Source of the DNA: Longimicrobiales bacterium
GTDB taxonomy: Bacteria; Gemmatimonadota; Gemmatimonadetes; Longimicrobiales; Gaopeijiaceae
NCBI GenBank assembly: GCA_041690395.1
Contig: JAWLHJ010000004.1
Coordinates: 64,001 to 128,000, forward strand
Length of the DNA stretch: 64,000 bases
Direction: 5' to 3'
Under the pieces are notes generated by a model. The model did not search any database and was not told where the DNA came from. It saw only the letters and a list, made by a program, of their open reading frames with translations. The first letter of the stretch is position 1. Each line of letters starts with the position of its first letter. Below, in pieces: positions 20,482-29,202 of the stretch. Position numbers and translations under genes: made by a program.

Positions 20482-23202
20482 TCAGGTGACGTTGGCGAGC
20501 GTCCGTGCGACTTCCGTGACGGTGTAGCATTCGATCAGGTCGCCCACCTTCACATCGTTGAAGTTGGCGATCCCGATACCGCACTCGAAGCCTTCGCGGA
20601 CTTCCTTGACGTCGTCCTTGAAGCGCTTGAGGGAGTGGATCTCCCCGTCGTACACCACGATACCCTCCCTGACGACCCGCGCCCGGCCCTTCCGGTCGAT
20701 GCGGCCCTCGGTGACGTAACAGCCGGCGATCGTGCCGACCTTGCTCACCTTGAAGACCTCTCGGACCTCGGCCGTGCCCTGCACCGCCTCCCTCTTCTCG
20801 GGGGCGAGCATGCCCTCGAGCGCCGCGGTGACTTCGTCCACGGCCTCGTAGATGACGTCGTAGACGCGGATGTCGATGTCGTTGCGCTCGGCCTCCTGGC
20901 GCGCCGCGGTCTGCGGCCTCACCCTGAACCCGATGATCACCGCGCCCGCGGTCTCGGCGAGCAACACGTCCGACTCGTTGATCGCGCCCACGCCGCGATG
21001 GATGATGTCCACCTGGACCTCCTTGCCACCGAGCTGCTCGAGGGCGTCGGACAGGGCCTGGACCGAGCCGTCCACGTCGCCCTTGATGACGAGCGGCAGC
21101 CTCGACGTCTCACCGGCCGCGACCAACGCGCCGAAGTCGCCGAGCTTGATGCCGCGCTCGCGGATCCGGAGCTGCTTCTCGCGGTCGAGGCGCTGACGGG
21201 TACCGGCGATCTCGGCGGCCTGCACGGCATCCATGACCTGGAAGGTGTCACCCGCCTGCGGGACGCCGCTGGCGCCGAGCACCTGGACCGGCGTCGCCGG
21301 ACCGGCCGACTGGATCGACTTGCCGCGCTCGTCGAGCATCGCCCGCACGCGGCCGTCCCACAGGCCGCAGACGAAGGAATCGCCCACGCGCAGGGTGCCC
21401 TTCTGAACGAGCACGGACACGACCGGTCCCTTACCCACGTCGAGCTGGGCTTCGACCACGGTGCCCTGGGCCGCGCGGTCGGGGTTCGCCTTGAGCTCGA
21501 GGATCTCGGCCTGCAGGAGCACCTTCTCGAGCAGGTCGTCGATGCCCTTGCCCGTCTTCGCGGAGATCTCGGCGGAGAGCACGTCGCCCCCGAAGTCCTC
21601 CACGTTCACGCTGTGCTGCAGGAGCTCCTGTTTCACGCGCCCCGGATCGGCGGCGGGCAGATCGCACTTGTTGATCGCGACGATCATGGGCACGCCGGCG
21701 TTCTTGGCATGGCTGATCGCCTCGATGGTCTGCGGCATGACGGAGTCGTCCGCCGCCACGAGCAGGATGACGATGTCCGTCACGTCGGCGCCGCGGGCAC
21801 GCATCGCGGTGAAGGCGGCGTGGCCGGGCGTGTCGAGGAAGGTGATGCTGCGACCGTCCGGAAGCTCCACGTGGTAGGCACCGATATGCTGCGTGATGCC
21901 CCCGGCTTCGCCGGCGACCACGTTCGTCTTGCGGATCTTGTCGAGCAGCAGGGTCTTACCGTGATCGACGTGACCCATGACGGTCACGACCGGCGGACGC
22001 GGCTTGAGCGACTCCGGATCCTCCTCCTCCTCTTCGACCGCCGTCTCTCCGGAATAGTCCTCCTCGAGGACGGCCGTGTACCCGAACTCGTCGAGCAATA
22101 GCTCGATCTGGTCGAAGTCGAGACGCTGGTTGATGGTGACCATGAGGCCGAGGTTCTTGAACGCGGAGCCGACGATCTCGCTGGAGGTGGCGTCGATCAG
22201 CTCGGACAGCTCGGCCACGGTGAGGAACTCATTCACCCGCACCGTGGTGCGCTCGCGCTCCTGCTCCTCGCGCTCCTGCTCCTCCTGCTGTTCCTGCTCC
22301 TCTGCCGAGGGACGCTGGCCCTTGCGGCGACGCTTCTTTCCGCCGCCGCTGCCGCCTTTGATCTCGGCCATGACGCGCTGGATGTTCGACTGCACCGCAT
22401 CCTGGTCGACGCCCTGGCGCCGCTTGCCCTTCTTCTTGTCCTTGCGCTTGCGACGACCGTCGGGGGTATACCCTTCGGCCTGGATCCGAACCTGGCCGCC
22501 GGGTCCGGCGCTCGCGGCCGGAGCAGGCGTGGGACGTCGGATGCTGCGGACGGGCGCGTCGGGGGCGCCGGCCCGGGCGGACGCGGGCGCCGGGCGTGAC
22601 CGCTCACCCTCAGCCTTCTCCTCCGTCACGACCTCATCCTCGGACGCCGGCTCCTCGACATCGACGACGGCCTCTTCCTCGTCGTCGACCTCGTCTTCGT
22701 CGTCGTCCTCCTCTTCCTCGTCTTCCTCGTCTTCGGCCTCGAGCTCGGACTCCTCGTCGGCCTCCGCCTCGAGATCTTCGGTGTCGTCCGCTTCGGGAGC
22801 CTCGGCTTCGACTTCCACCGGCTCGCTCTCGTCGGCCTCGGTGTCCTCATCCGAATCCGACTCCGGGGCCTCGGCAGCCGCCTCGGCCTCGGCGTCGGAC
22901 GCTTCCTCCTCCGACTCGGCATCGGCTTCGTCGGACTCCGGGGTCTCGTCGCTCCCCCGCCGGCGCCGGCGACGGCGGCGGCCCGAGCTGGACGCGGTCT
23001 CTTCCACGGCGGCACGGATCGCCTCGGCCGGGTCCTTGCGGCCCGCCCGACGCTCCCGTTCCACCTTGGCCAGGACCTTGGCCTTCTGACCATCCGTGAT
23101 GGTCGCCTGCTCGTCCGCGACGGGAATGCCCATCTGCCGAAGCAGCGCGATCAGCGCGTCGGTCTCGACCTTGAGGTCTTCTGCCAGCTCGATAACCTGC
23201 AT
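20482..23202 (-). CDS. infB: Translation initiation factor IF-2
   Basis: RPPVVTVMGHVDHGKT, GEAGGITQHIGAY, DTPGH, NKCD, KRFKDDVKEV..GFECG; long acidic N-terminal linker. Confidence 0.97.
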   Translation of the reverse strand: MQVIELAEDLKVETDALIALLRQMGIPVADEQATITDGQKAKVLAKVERERRAGRKDPAEAIRAAVEETASSSGRRRRRRRRGSDETPESDEADAESEEEASDAEAEAAAEAPESDSDEDTEADESEPVEVEAEAPEADDTEDLEAEADEESELEAEDEEDEEEEDDDEDEVDDEEEAVVDVEEPASEDEVVTEEKAEGERSRPAPASARAGAPDAPVRSIRRPTPAPAASAGPGGQVRIQAEGYTPDGRRKRKDKKKGKRRQGVDQDAVQSNIQRVMAEIKGGSGGGKKRRRKGQRPSAEEQEQQEEQEREEQERERTTVRVNEFLTVAELSELIDATSSEIVGSAFKNLGLMVTINQRLDFDQIELLLDEFGYTAVLEEDYSGETAVEEEEEDPESLKPRPPVVTVMGHVDHGKTLLLDKIRKTNVVAGEAGGITQHIGAYHVELPDGRSITFLDTPGHAAFTAMRARGADVTDIVILLVAADDSVMPQTIEAISHAKNAGVPMIVAINKCDLPAADPGRVKQELLQHSVNVEDFGGDVLSAEISAKTGKGIDDLLEKVLLQAEILELKANPDRAAQGTVVEAQLDVGKGPVVSVLVQKGTLRVGDSFVCGLWDGRVRAMLDERGKSIQSAGPATPVQVLGASGVPQAGDTFQVMDAVQAAEIAGTRQRLDREKQLRIRERGIKLGDFGALVAAGETSRLPLVIKGDVDGSVQALSDALEQLGGKEVQVDIIHRGVGAINESDVLLAETAGAVIIGFRVRPQTAARQEAERNDIDIRVYDVIYEAVDEVTAALEGMLAPEKREAVQGTAEVREVFKVSKVGTIAGCYVTEGRIDRKGRARVVREGIVVYDGEIHSLKRFKDDVKEVREGFECGIGIANFNDVKVGDLIECYTVTEVARTLANVT

Positions 23203-23203
23203 G

Positions 23204-23551
23204 CTACGTGTCTGCCTCCGATTCGTCGGGGCTGCCAGCGTTCACCGCGCCGAGCTCCTCCAGGAGCCGGCCGGCGAGCGAGGCGCTCGTCACCGCGACG
23301 GCGGCCAAAGGCGCCGATCCGATCGCGGACCCCAACGTGTTTCGATCCCCCAGGTAAACCTGGGGGATCGTCCGATTGTGAATCGTACTCCGAATTTTGT
23401 CCAACTGGGTCTCGGACGCGTCGGTCGCCATGATCACAAGCGCCACGCGTCCGTCCCGTACAGCCTGGCGAACGGCTTCGGTGCCCCCGGCCACCTGACC
23501 CGCGCGGCGCGCGAGCCCGAGCAGGGAGAGCGCGTCACGCGTCTTCCCCAT
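23204..23551 (-). CDS. L7Ae/L30e family (YlxQ-like) RNA-binding protein
   Basis: LSLLGLARRAG, LVIMATDAS, LGSAIG; lies between nusA and infB. Confidence 0.88.
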   Translation of the reverse strand: MGKTRDALSLLGLARRAGQVAGGTEAVRQAVRDGRVALVIMATDASETQLDKIRSTIHNRTIPQVYLGDRNTLGSAIGSAPLAAVAVTSASLAGRLLEELGAVNAGSPDESEADT

Positions 23552-24959
23552 CCTCGTCGTCCTCGTCCGGCGCTTCATCCTCGTCCGGCGCGTCGTCCTC
23601 GGACGTCGCTTCGTCGGAGTCGGACGGGTCTTTTTCGTCGTCCCCGTCCTCGTCGGACGCCGCGTCGACCTCCACCACCGTCAGCTCGTCGATGAGCTCG
23701 AGGAGCCGATCGGCGTGCACCTCGCCGATACCGGGGATCTCCAGGAAATCCCTACGCTCCAAATCGATGATCTGGAGAAATGTATGATACCCGGCCTCCG
23801 ACAACGCCGCCAGGGCTGCCGGCGCCAGATCCAGCTCCGAGAGGGGGAAGTCCGAAGTCTCGAACTCGTCCTCCGGCGTGCTCTCGAGGCGGGACAGGTC
23901 CTCGCCGCGCTCCATCCACTCACGCGACCCGTAGAGGTCGATCTGCCAACCGATGAGCTGGGAAGCCAGACGGACGTTCTGACCGTTCCGGCCGATCGCG
24001 AGCGACAGCTGGTCCTCGTCGACGATGGCGGTGACGACCTGGCGCTCGACATCGCTGAACACCTTCGATACACGGGCCGGCGCCAGCGCACGGCGAGCGA
24101 ACACCTCCGTGTCGGGGTGCCACGGCACGATGTCGATCCGCTCTCCTCCGAGCTCCGAGACGACGGCCTGGACGCGTGAGCCCTTGAGCCCGACGCACGC
24201 CCCGACCGGGTCGATGGACTCGTCCCGGCTGTACACGGCGATCTTGGTTCGGCCGCCAACCTCGCGGGAGATCTCCTTGATCTCGACGATCCCCTGGTGG
24301 ATCTCCGGCACCTCGAGCTTGAACAGAGCCGCCACGAAACCCGGGTCGGCGCGGGACAGGATGAGACGCGGACCCTTCGGGGTCTCCTCGACCTTCTTCA
24401 GGACTGCCCGGATGGGGTCTCCCTGACGGAAGCGCTCCCGAGGATTCTGGTCCTTCCAGGGGATGATCGCCTCGGCGTCGCGCGACCGGTTCATCATGAC
24501 GACGAGCTTGCCCCGCTCGGTCTGCTGGACCTCGCCCGAGAGGAGCTCACCGACCTGGTCCGCGAACTCGTCCCGGATGCGGTCGCGCTCGTTCTCGCGG
24601 ACCCGCTGGACGATCCGCTGTTTGACCGCCATCACGGCGTTCCGGCCGAACTGCGTGAAATCGACCGGAATCTCCATGACGTCGCCGACTTCGAACGTAT
24701 CGTCGTCCCAACGCGCTTCCTCGAGGGAGATCTCCGACGCGGAGTCCTCGACCTCCTCGACGACGCGGCGCAGCACGACGATGTCGAACTCGCCGGTGTC
24801 CTCGTTGATATCGATCTCGGCCTGGACCGTCGGACCATAGATGCGCGCGAGCCCCGCCAGGATCCCGTCCTTGACGAGGTCGGTCATCTCCTCTTCGGTC
24901 AGGCTCTTGGTCGACGCCACGTCTCTGAATGCCGCTACGATCTGGGCCGCGTTCGCCAT
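23535..24959 (-). CDS. nusA: Transcription termination/antitermination factor NusA
   Basis: FGRNAV, ILSR, LFKLEVPEI, GGRTKIAV, DPVGACVG, GERIDI, LSLAIGRNGQNVRLA. Confidence 0.96.
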   Translation of the reverse strand: MANAAQIVAAFRDVASTKSLTEEEMTDLVKDGILAGLARIYGPTVQAEIDINEDTGEFDIVVLRRVVEEVEDSASEISLEEARWDDDTFEVGDVMEIPVDFTQFGRNAVMAVKQRIVQRVRENERDRIRDEFADQVGELLSGEVQQTERGKLVVMMNRSRDAEAIIPWKDQNPRERFRQGDPIRAVLKKVEETPKGPRLILSRADPGFVAALFKLEVPEIHQGIVEIKEISREVGGRTKIAVYSRDESIDPVGACVGLKGSRVQAVVSELGGERIDIVPWHPDTEVFARRALAPARVSKVFSDVERQVVTAIVDEDQLSLAIGRNGQNVRLASQLIGWQIDLYGSREWMERGEDLSRLESTPEDEFETSDFPLSELDLAPAALAALSEAGYHTFLQIIDLERRDFLEIPGIGEVHADRLLELIDELTVVEVDAASDEDGDDEKDPSDSDEATSEDDAPDEDEAPDEDDEDGEDA

Positions 24960-24969
24960 CTCTATCTCC

Positions 24970-25461
24970 TCACTTCCACGTGAAGGCGAGGTTCGCCTTC
25001 CGAATCCGATCCAAGGGCACGTCGACCTCGTCGCCATTCGGCAATTTCAACCTGACATGCCCACCCCCCTCACCCATTTCCTCCAGACCGAGCAACTCGC
25101 CTTCGAGTCGGCTCTGTTCTCCGACCAGCGCCTCGGTTCCCTGAACCACGACCCGCTCCCCGCGGAACCGTCGATAGTCCGACGGACGCACGAGGGGCCG
25201 GTCCACACCCGGCGACGAAACCTCCAGCGTGTAGCGATCCGACAGGGACTCGTGCTCGTCGAGCCAGGGCTCGAGGCCCCTGCTGACCGAGGCACAGTCG
25301 TCGATCGTGACACCCTGGCCGGAGTCGCTCTCGGGCCGGTCGATGCGCAGTTGGAGCAGTGGGCGACGCCCACTGCCCCCCCACCGGACATCGACCAGCT
25401 CGAAGCCGAGCGCGGCTACGCGGCGCTCCAACTCCTCGGCGATCTCCGGCACCACTCGCAT
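24970..25461 (-). CDS. rimP: Ribosome maturation factor RimP
   Basis: GFELVDV, LRIDR, VTIDDCASVSR, YTLEVSSPGVDRPL. Confidence 0.95.
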   Translation of the reverse strand: MRVVPEIAEELERRVAALGFELVDVRWGGSGRRPLLQLRIDRPESDSGQGVTIDDCASVSRGLEPWLDEHESLSDRYTLEVSSPGVDRPLVRPSDYRRFRGERVVVQGTEALVGEQSRLEGELLGLEEMGEGGGHVRLKLPNGDEVDVPLDRIRKANLAFTWK

Positions 25462-25528
25462 CGAAACAACCCCCCTATCAAAACCAAGGGGTACGCCGCG
25501 GAAGCGACGAACCCCAGTCACATCGAAC

Positions 25529-25559
25529 AAAAAAGCGGGGGCGACCTCCACCCCCACTT
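25529..25559 (-). promoter_or_regulatory. rimP-leader terminator/attenuator hairpin
   Basis: Minus strand AAGTGGGGG-TGGAGGTCG-CCCCCGCTT-TTTT between the promoter and rimP; resembles the widespread rimP leader motif. Confidence 0.8.
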
Positions 25560-25600
25560 CGTTTGAAACTCACCCCGACGGGCGTGCTGTCCGGCCAGAG

Positions 25601-25629
25601 AATATAGGGGAAGCGGTAGGTGCTCTCAA
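25601..25629 (-). promoter_or_regulatory. sigma70 promoter of rimP-nusA-infB operon
   Basis: TTGAGA (25629-24)-N17-TATATT (25606-01). Confidence 0.75.
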
Positions 25630-25689
25630 GCCGCCCCGAGGACGCCCCGTGCCCGGACCCTGCCCCCGCGCGCTACGGGACCCCGTGGC

Positions 25690-26022
25690 TCACGCCGGCC
25701 CGCTCGTTCCTCGCTCGCTCTCCAGGGCAGTGACGCGGGCCCGGAGCGTGTCGATCTCCGCCCGGAGCGCTTCGAGCTCGGAATGGTGCGCGAAGTCGAG
25801 CCGCTCCTTCGCATCGCCGGCCGCGCTCTGCGCGCGCTCGAGCGCGTCCTTCATGACCTGCTTCGCCCTGTCGGCGGACAGGTCACCACGGTCGCGGGCC
25901 TCCTGGATCGTCTCTTCGAGCGCTTCCTTGAAGGCGGAGAGCACGCCGATCCCCTGGCGGATCCCCTCGGAGACGCGCTCCTTCGGTCCCTGCTTCTGTT
26001 GCTTCCCGGACTGGTCCGTCAT
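25690..26022 (-). CDS. Phasin-like / coiled-coil hypothetical protein
   Basis: 110 aa, helical: RGDLSADRAKQVM...LDF...ELEALRAEIDTLRARVTALE. SD GGAG; upstream -10 TATGGT. Confidence 0.6.
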   Translation of the reverse strand: MTDQSGKQQKQGPKERVSEGIRQGIGVLSAFKEALEETIQEARDRGDLSADRAKQVMKDALERAQSAAGDAKERLDFAHHSELEALRAEIDTLRARVTALESERGTSGPA

Positions 26023-26105
26023 GGGTTTCTCCGATCTCGGCTGAGCGAACTCGGGACAGAGTGTCCCGTGTTAACCATACGCGGGAGGCCGCGGAAAGAT
26101 TCGCC

Positions 26106-27380
26106 TCAGGCGCGCTCGATCCTGGCTCCGAGTGCCTTCAGCCGCTCGTCGATCCGTTCGTACCCCCGCTCGATCTGATGGATGTTCCCGATGCGGCTGG
26201 TGCCTTCCGCTCCGAGCGCTGCGATCAGGAGCGCCATGCCCGCGCGGATGTCCGGGCTCTCCACGACGCCCCCCCGGAGCCGCGTCGGACCCACGACGAC
26301 CGCCCGGTGCGGATCGCACAGGATGATCGACGCGCCCAAGCCGACCAGCTTGTCCGTGAAGAACATGCGCGACTCGAACATCTTCTCGTGGACGAGGACG
26401 GTGCCGTGGCACTGCGTCGCCGCGACGATGGCGATGGAGGTCAGATCGGCCGGGAACGCCGGCCACGGTCCGTCGTCGAGCTTCGGCACGTGGCCGTAGG
26501 CGTCGTCCCTGACATGGTGCGGCTCACTGCCCCTGACGAGCAGGTCCTTCCCCTGCACCTCGCACTCGATTCCGAGCCGGCGGAAACCGATGAGCGTGGA
26601 ATCGAGGTGCTCGATCGGAGCGCCCTCGATGGTCAGGTCGCTGCCGGTGACGGCCGCGAGGCCGATGAACGAGCCCGTCTCGATGTGGTCCGCGCCGATC
26701 CGGAAAGTCGTTCCGCCGAGCGAGTCGACCCCGTCGATCTCGAGCACGTGCGTGCCGGATCCGCTGATGCGCGCGCCCATCGCGGTCAGGAGGCGACAGA
26801 GGTCCTGTACGTGGGGCTCGGCGGCGGCGTTGCGGATGCGCGTCCGGCCGCCCGCCAGCACGGCGGCCATGATCGCGTTCTCGGTCCCAGTGACGGAGGG
26901 CTCGTCGAGGAAGAAGTCCGCCCCGGTGAGCTTCTTCGCCCTGATCCTGAAGCCGCCGTTGAGCTTCACCTTGGCGCCGAGCGCCTCGAAGGCGAGGAAG
27001 TGCGTGTCCATGCGTCGCCGCCCGATCACGTCACCGCCGGGTGGGGGCAACTCCACGTCACCGAACCGGGCCAGGAGCGGGCCGGCGAGCAAGAGGGAGG
27101 CACGAATCCGCTCGGCCAGATCCCGATCGATCTCGCCGCCCCGCACACCGCGCGGGTCGACGGTGACCTCGTTCGGCCCGCCCCAACTCACGTCCGCTCC
27201 GAGCGAAGAGACGATCTCGAGGAAGGTGAGGACGTCCCGGATGCGGGGAACGTTCTCCAGAGTGACCGGCTCCGACGCGAGCACGGTGGCGGCGAGGCAC
27301 GGTAGGGCTGAGTTCTTGTTGCCAGCGGGGCGGATGCGGCCATCGAGCCGGTGGCCGCCTTCGACGAGGAAGCTTGCCAT
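26106..27380 (-). CDS. murA: UDP-N-acetylglucosamine 1-carboxyvinyltransferase
   Basis: GNKNSALP, IRASLLLAGPLL, PGGDVIGRR, SVTGTEN, NAAAEPHV, PAFPAD, DIRAG, IERGYE. Confidence 0.96.
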   Translation of the reverse strand: MASFLVEGGHRLDGRIRPAGNKNSALPCLAATVLASEPVTLENVPRIRDVLTFLEIVSSLGADVSWGGPNEVTVDPRGVRGGEIDRDLAERIRASLLLAGPLLARFGDVELPPPGGDVIGRRRMDTHFLAFEALGAKVKLNGGFRIRAKKLTGADFFLDEPSVTGTENAIMAAVLAGGRTRIRNAAAEPHVQDLCRLLTAMGARISGSGTHVLEIDGVDSLGGTTFRIGADHIETGSFIGLAAVTGSDLTIEGAPIEHLDSTLIGFRRLGIECEVQGKDLLVRGSEPHHVRDDAYGHVPKLDDGPWPAFPADLTSIAIVAATQCHGTVLVHEKMFESRMFFTDKLVGLGASIILCDPHRAVVVGPTRLRGGVVESPDIRAGMALLIAALGAEGTSRIGNIHQIERGYERIDERLKALGARIERA

Positions 27381-27560
27381 GAAGTGGATGGGTGCGGGAG
27401 GCGGGCGACGAGCCTCCGAACTTACCCAGACCCGAGCGCGCGCAGCAACCGAGCCACCCCGGCCGCGCGCCCCCCTACGCGACGGGCCCCGGCCCGACCG
27501 GCGCGTCACGAGATGGAGGCGCGCTGGATCTACGGGGAGGATGCCGGTTAGACTTCAATC

Positions 27561-28127
27561 ATGCACATGATCCAGACAGCGCTTCCGCAGGTAGTCGAGA
27601 GCAGGGACGCACTCGCCCTGGCCGCAGACATCGCCGTCGTGATCACCGGGCTCGCCGTGATCGTGCTGGCGGTGGTCCTGATCGGTGCGGTCATCGAAGC
27701 TCGCGCGACCCTGAAAGAGCTCCGCATCGGAGTCCGCCAGAACCTCGGCCCGGTCTCCGATCGGGCACGGGCGATCTCAGACAACGTCGAGTCGATCACC
27801 GATACGCTGAGAACGGAAGTGCGGCACCTGCGCTCCTCCGTTCGCGCCATCAACGATCGACTCGATCAGGCGTCCGATCACATGGAAGACCGGATCGAGG
27901 AGTTCAACGCTCTGCTCGAAGCCGTCCAGGCGGAGGCCGAAGAGATCTTCCTCGACACCGCCGCCACGGTTCATGGACTGCGTGAAGGGGCACGATCTAT
28001 CGGACGAAATGGCAAGGACCTACACCACTCACCCGACACGGGGCCTGAAGACGGTTCCGGTGTCAGGAGGCCGGCCGGCGATCCGATCGGAAGAGCGGCC
28101 GCCGAAGCGGACCGAGACGCCGTCTGA
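27561..28127 (+). CDS. DUF948-like membrane-anchored coiled-coil protein
   Basis: One N-terminal TM, then heptad repeats and a disordered tail. -10 TAGACT lies 6 nt before the ATG. Confidence 0.6.
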   Translation: MHMIQTALPQVVESRDALALAADIAVVITGLAVIVLAVVLIGAVIEARATLKELRIGVRQNLGPVSDRARAISDNVESITDTLRTEVRHLRSSVRAINDRLDQASDHMEDRIEEFNALLEAVQAEAEEIFLDTAATVHGLREGARSIGRNGKDLHHSPDTGPEDGSGVRRPAGDPIGRAAAEADRDAV

Positions 28128-28152
28128 ACGCGCCCGGTCCGGTTGGCGCCCC

Positions 28153-29142
28153 ATGAGCTCCCTGCTCTCGCGGGCCCTGTTCATCGTGACCGGGTGGTTC
28201 CTGCTGTCACCCGACGAGGTGGCGGCGTGGGGGCCGGCGACCCACATCGCGCTGGGGGAGGCGGTGCTCGCGTCCCTCCATCTCGTCCCACCCGCCGTGC
28301 GCGCGATTCTCGAGCGATACCCCCTGCACTTCCTCTACGGGTCGGTGGCCGCGGACATCTCGTTCGCCAAGAAGTACGTTCCCACCGGACGGCACTGCCA
28401 CGACTGGTCCGTCGGCGAGGAGATCCTCGCATCGGCCGAGACCGAGCGGCTCGCGTCCGTCGGGTACGGGTACCTGGCCCACCTGGCGGCCGACACCATC
28501 GCCCACAACGTCTTCGTGCCCCGGCAGCTTCTTCTGACCAGCACGACCCAGGCGCTCGGTCACGCCTACTGGGAGCATCGCATGGACATGCACGTGGGCG
28601 AGGATTTCCTGTCGCTCGCCCGGCACGTCGTCATGGATCATGACCACAGCGAGGCCGACACGCTCTTCGACGACGTTCTGAGCCGCACCATCTTCACGTT
28701 CGGCACGAACCGCCGGATCTTCCGCGGGATGATCCAGTTCCAGGGATACGAGCGGTGGCAGAAGGTGTTCGGCCAGGTGCTGGCCAAGTCGCGCTTCGAT
28801 CTTCCCGACCCCACGGTCGACCGGTACTTCGAAACGGCGTTCGAGCGCGTGGTGGGCTATCTGAACGATCGCTCGACGTCGGTAGCCGCCGAGGCCGACC
28901 CGGTCGGGGACCTCAACCTGAAGCTCGCGAAGAAGGTCCGGCGCCGTGCCCTCTCGGACCAGCGCGCGGCCCATCCGGAGGCACTCGAGGAGATGGCCGA
29001 GGCCTTCTTCCCGCTGCCCGACGAGCGCTCCGTCTACTGGCCGCAGATCCGTGAGCCGGAGTTCGCGGCCGGGATCACCTCCTGGAACGGTGGCCGCCGC
29101 ACGCTTCCGCCTCCGCCGGCGGCCGAGGACGAGAAGGGCTGA
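28153..29142 (+). CDS. Zinc-dependent phospholipase C / S1-P1 superfamily protein
   Basis: Signal-like N-terminus followed by mature WGPATH; GSVAAD, HCH, GYLAHLAADTIAH, HAYWE. Confidence 0.8.
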   Translation: MSSLLSRALFIVTGWFLLSPDEVAAWGPATHIALGEAVLASLHLVPPAVRAILERYPLHFLYGSVAADISFAKKYVPTGRHCHDWSVGEEILASAETERLASVGYGYLAHLAADTIAHNVFVPRQLLLTSTTQALGHAYWEHRMDMHVGEDFLSLARHVVMDHDHSEADTLFDDVLSRTIFTFGTNRRIFRGMIQFQGYERWQKVFGQVLAKSRFDLPDPTVDRYFETAFERVVGYLNDRSTSVAAEADPVGDLNLKLAKKVRRRALSDQRAAHPEALEEMAEAFFPLPDERSVYWPQIREPEFAAGITSWNGGRRTLPPPPAAEDEKG

Positions 29143-29202
29143 ACGACGAGTGTGTCGCGCGGCGTGATTCGGCGATCGGCGGCCGGATGACGCTCTGCCG
29201 TA

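Noticed and set aside
22600..22960. TCGTC/TCCTC-like repeats as tandem repeat or CRISPR
   Set aside because: They are Glu/Asp codons of the IF2 acidic linker; no constant repeat-spacer period.
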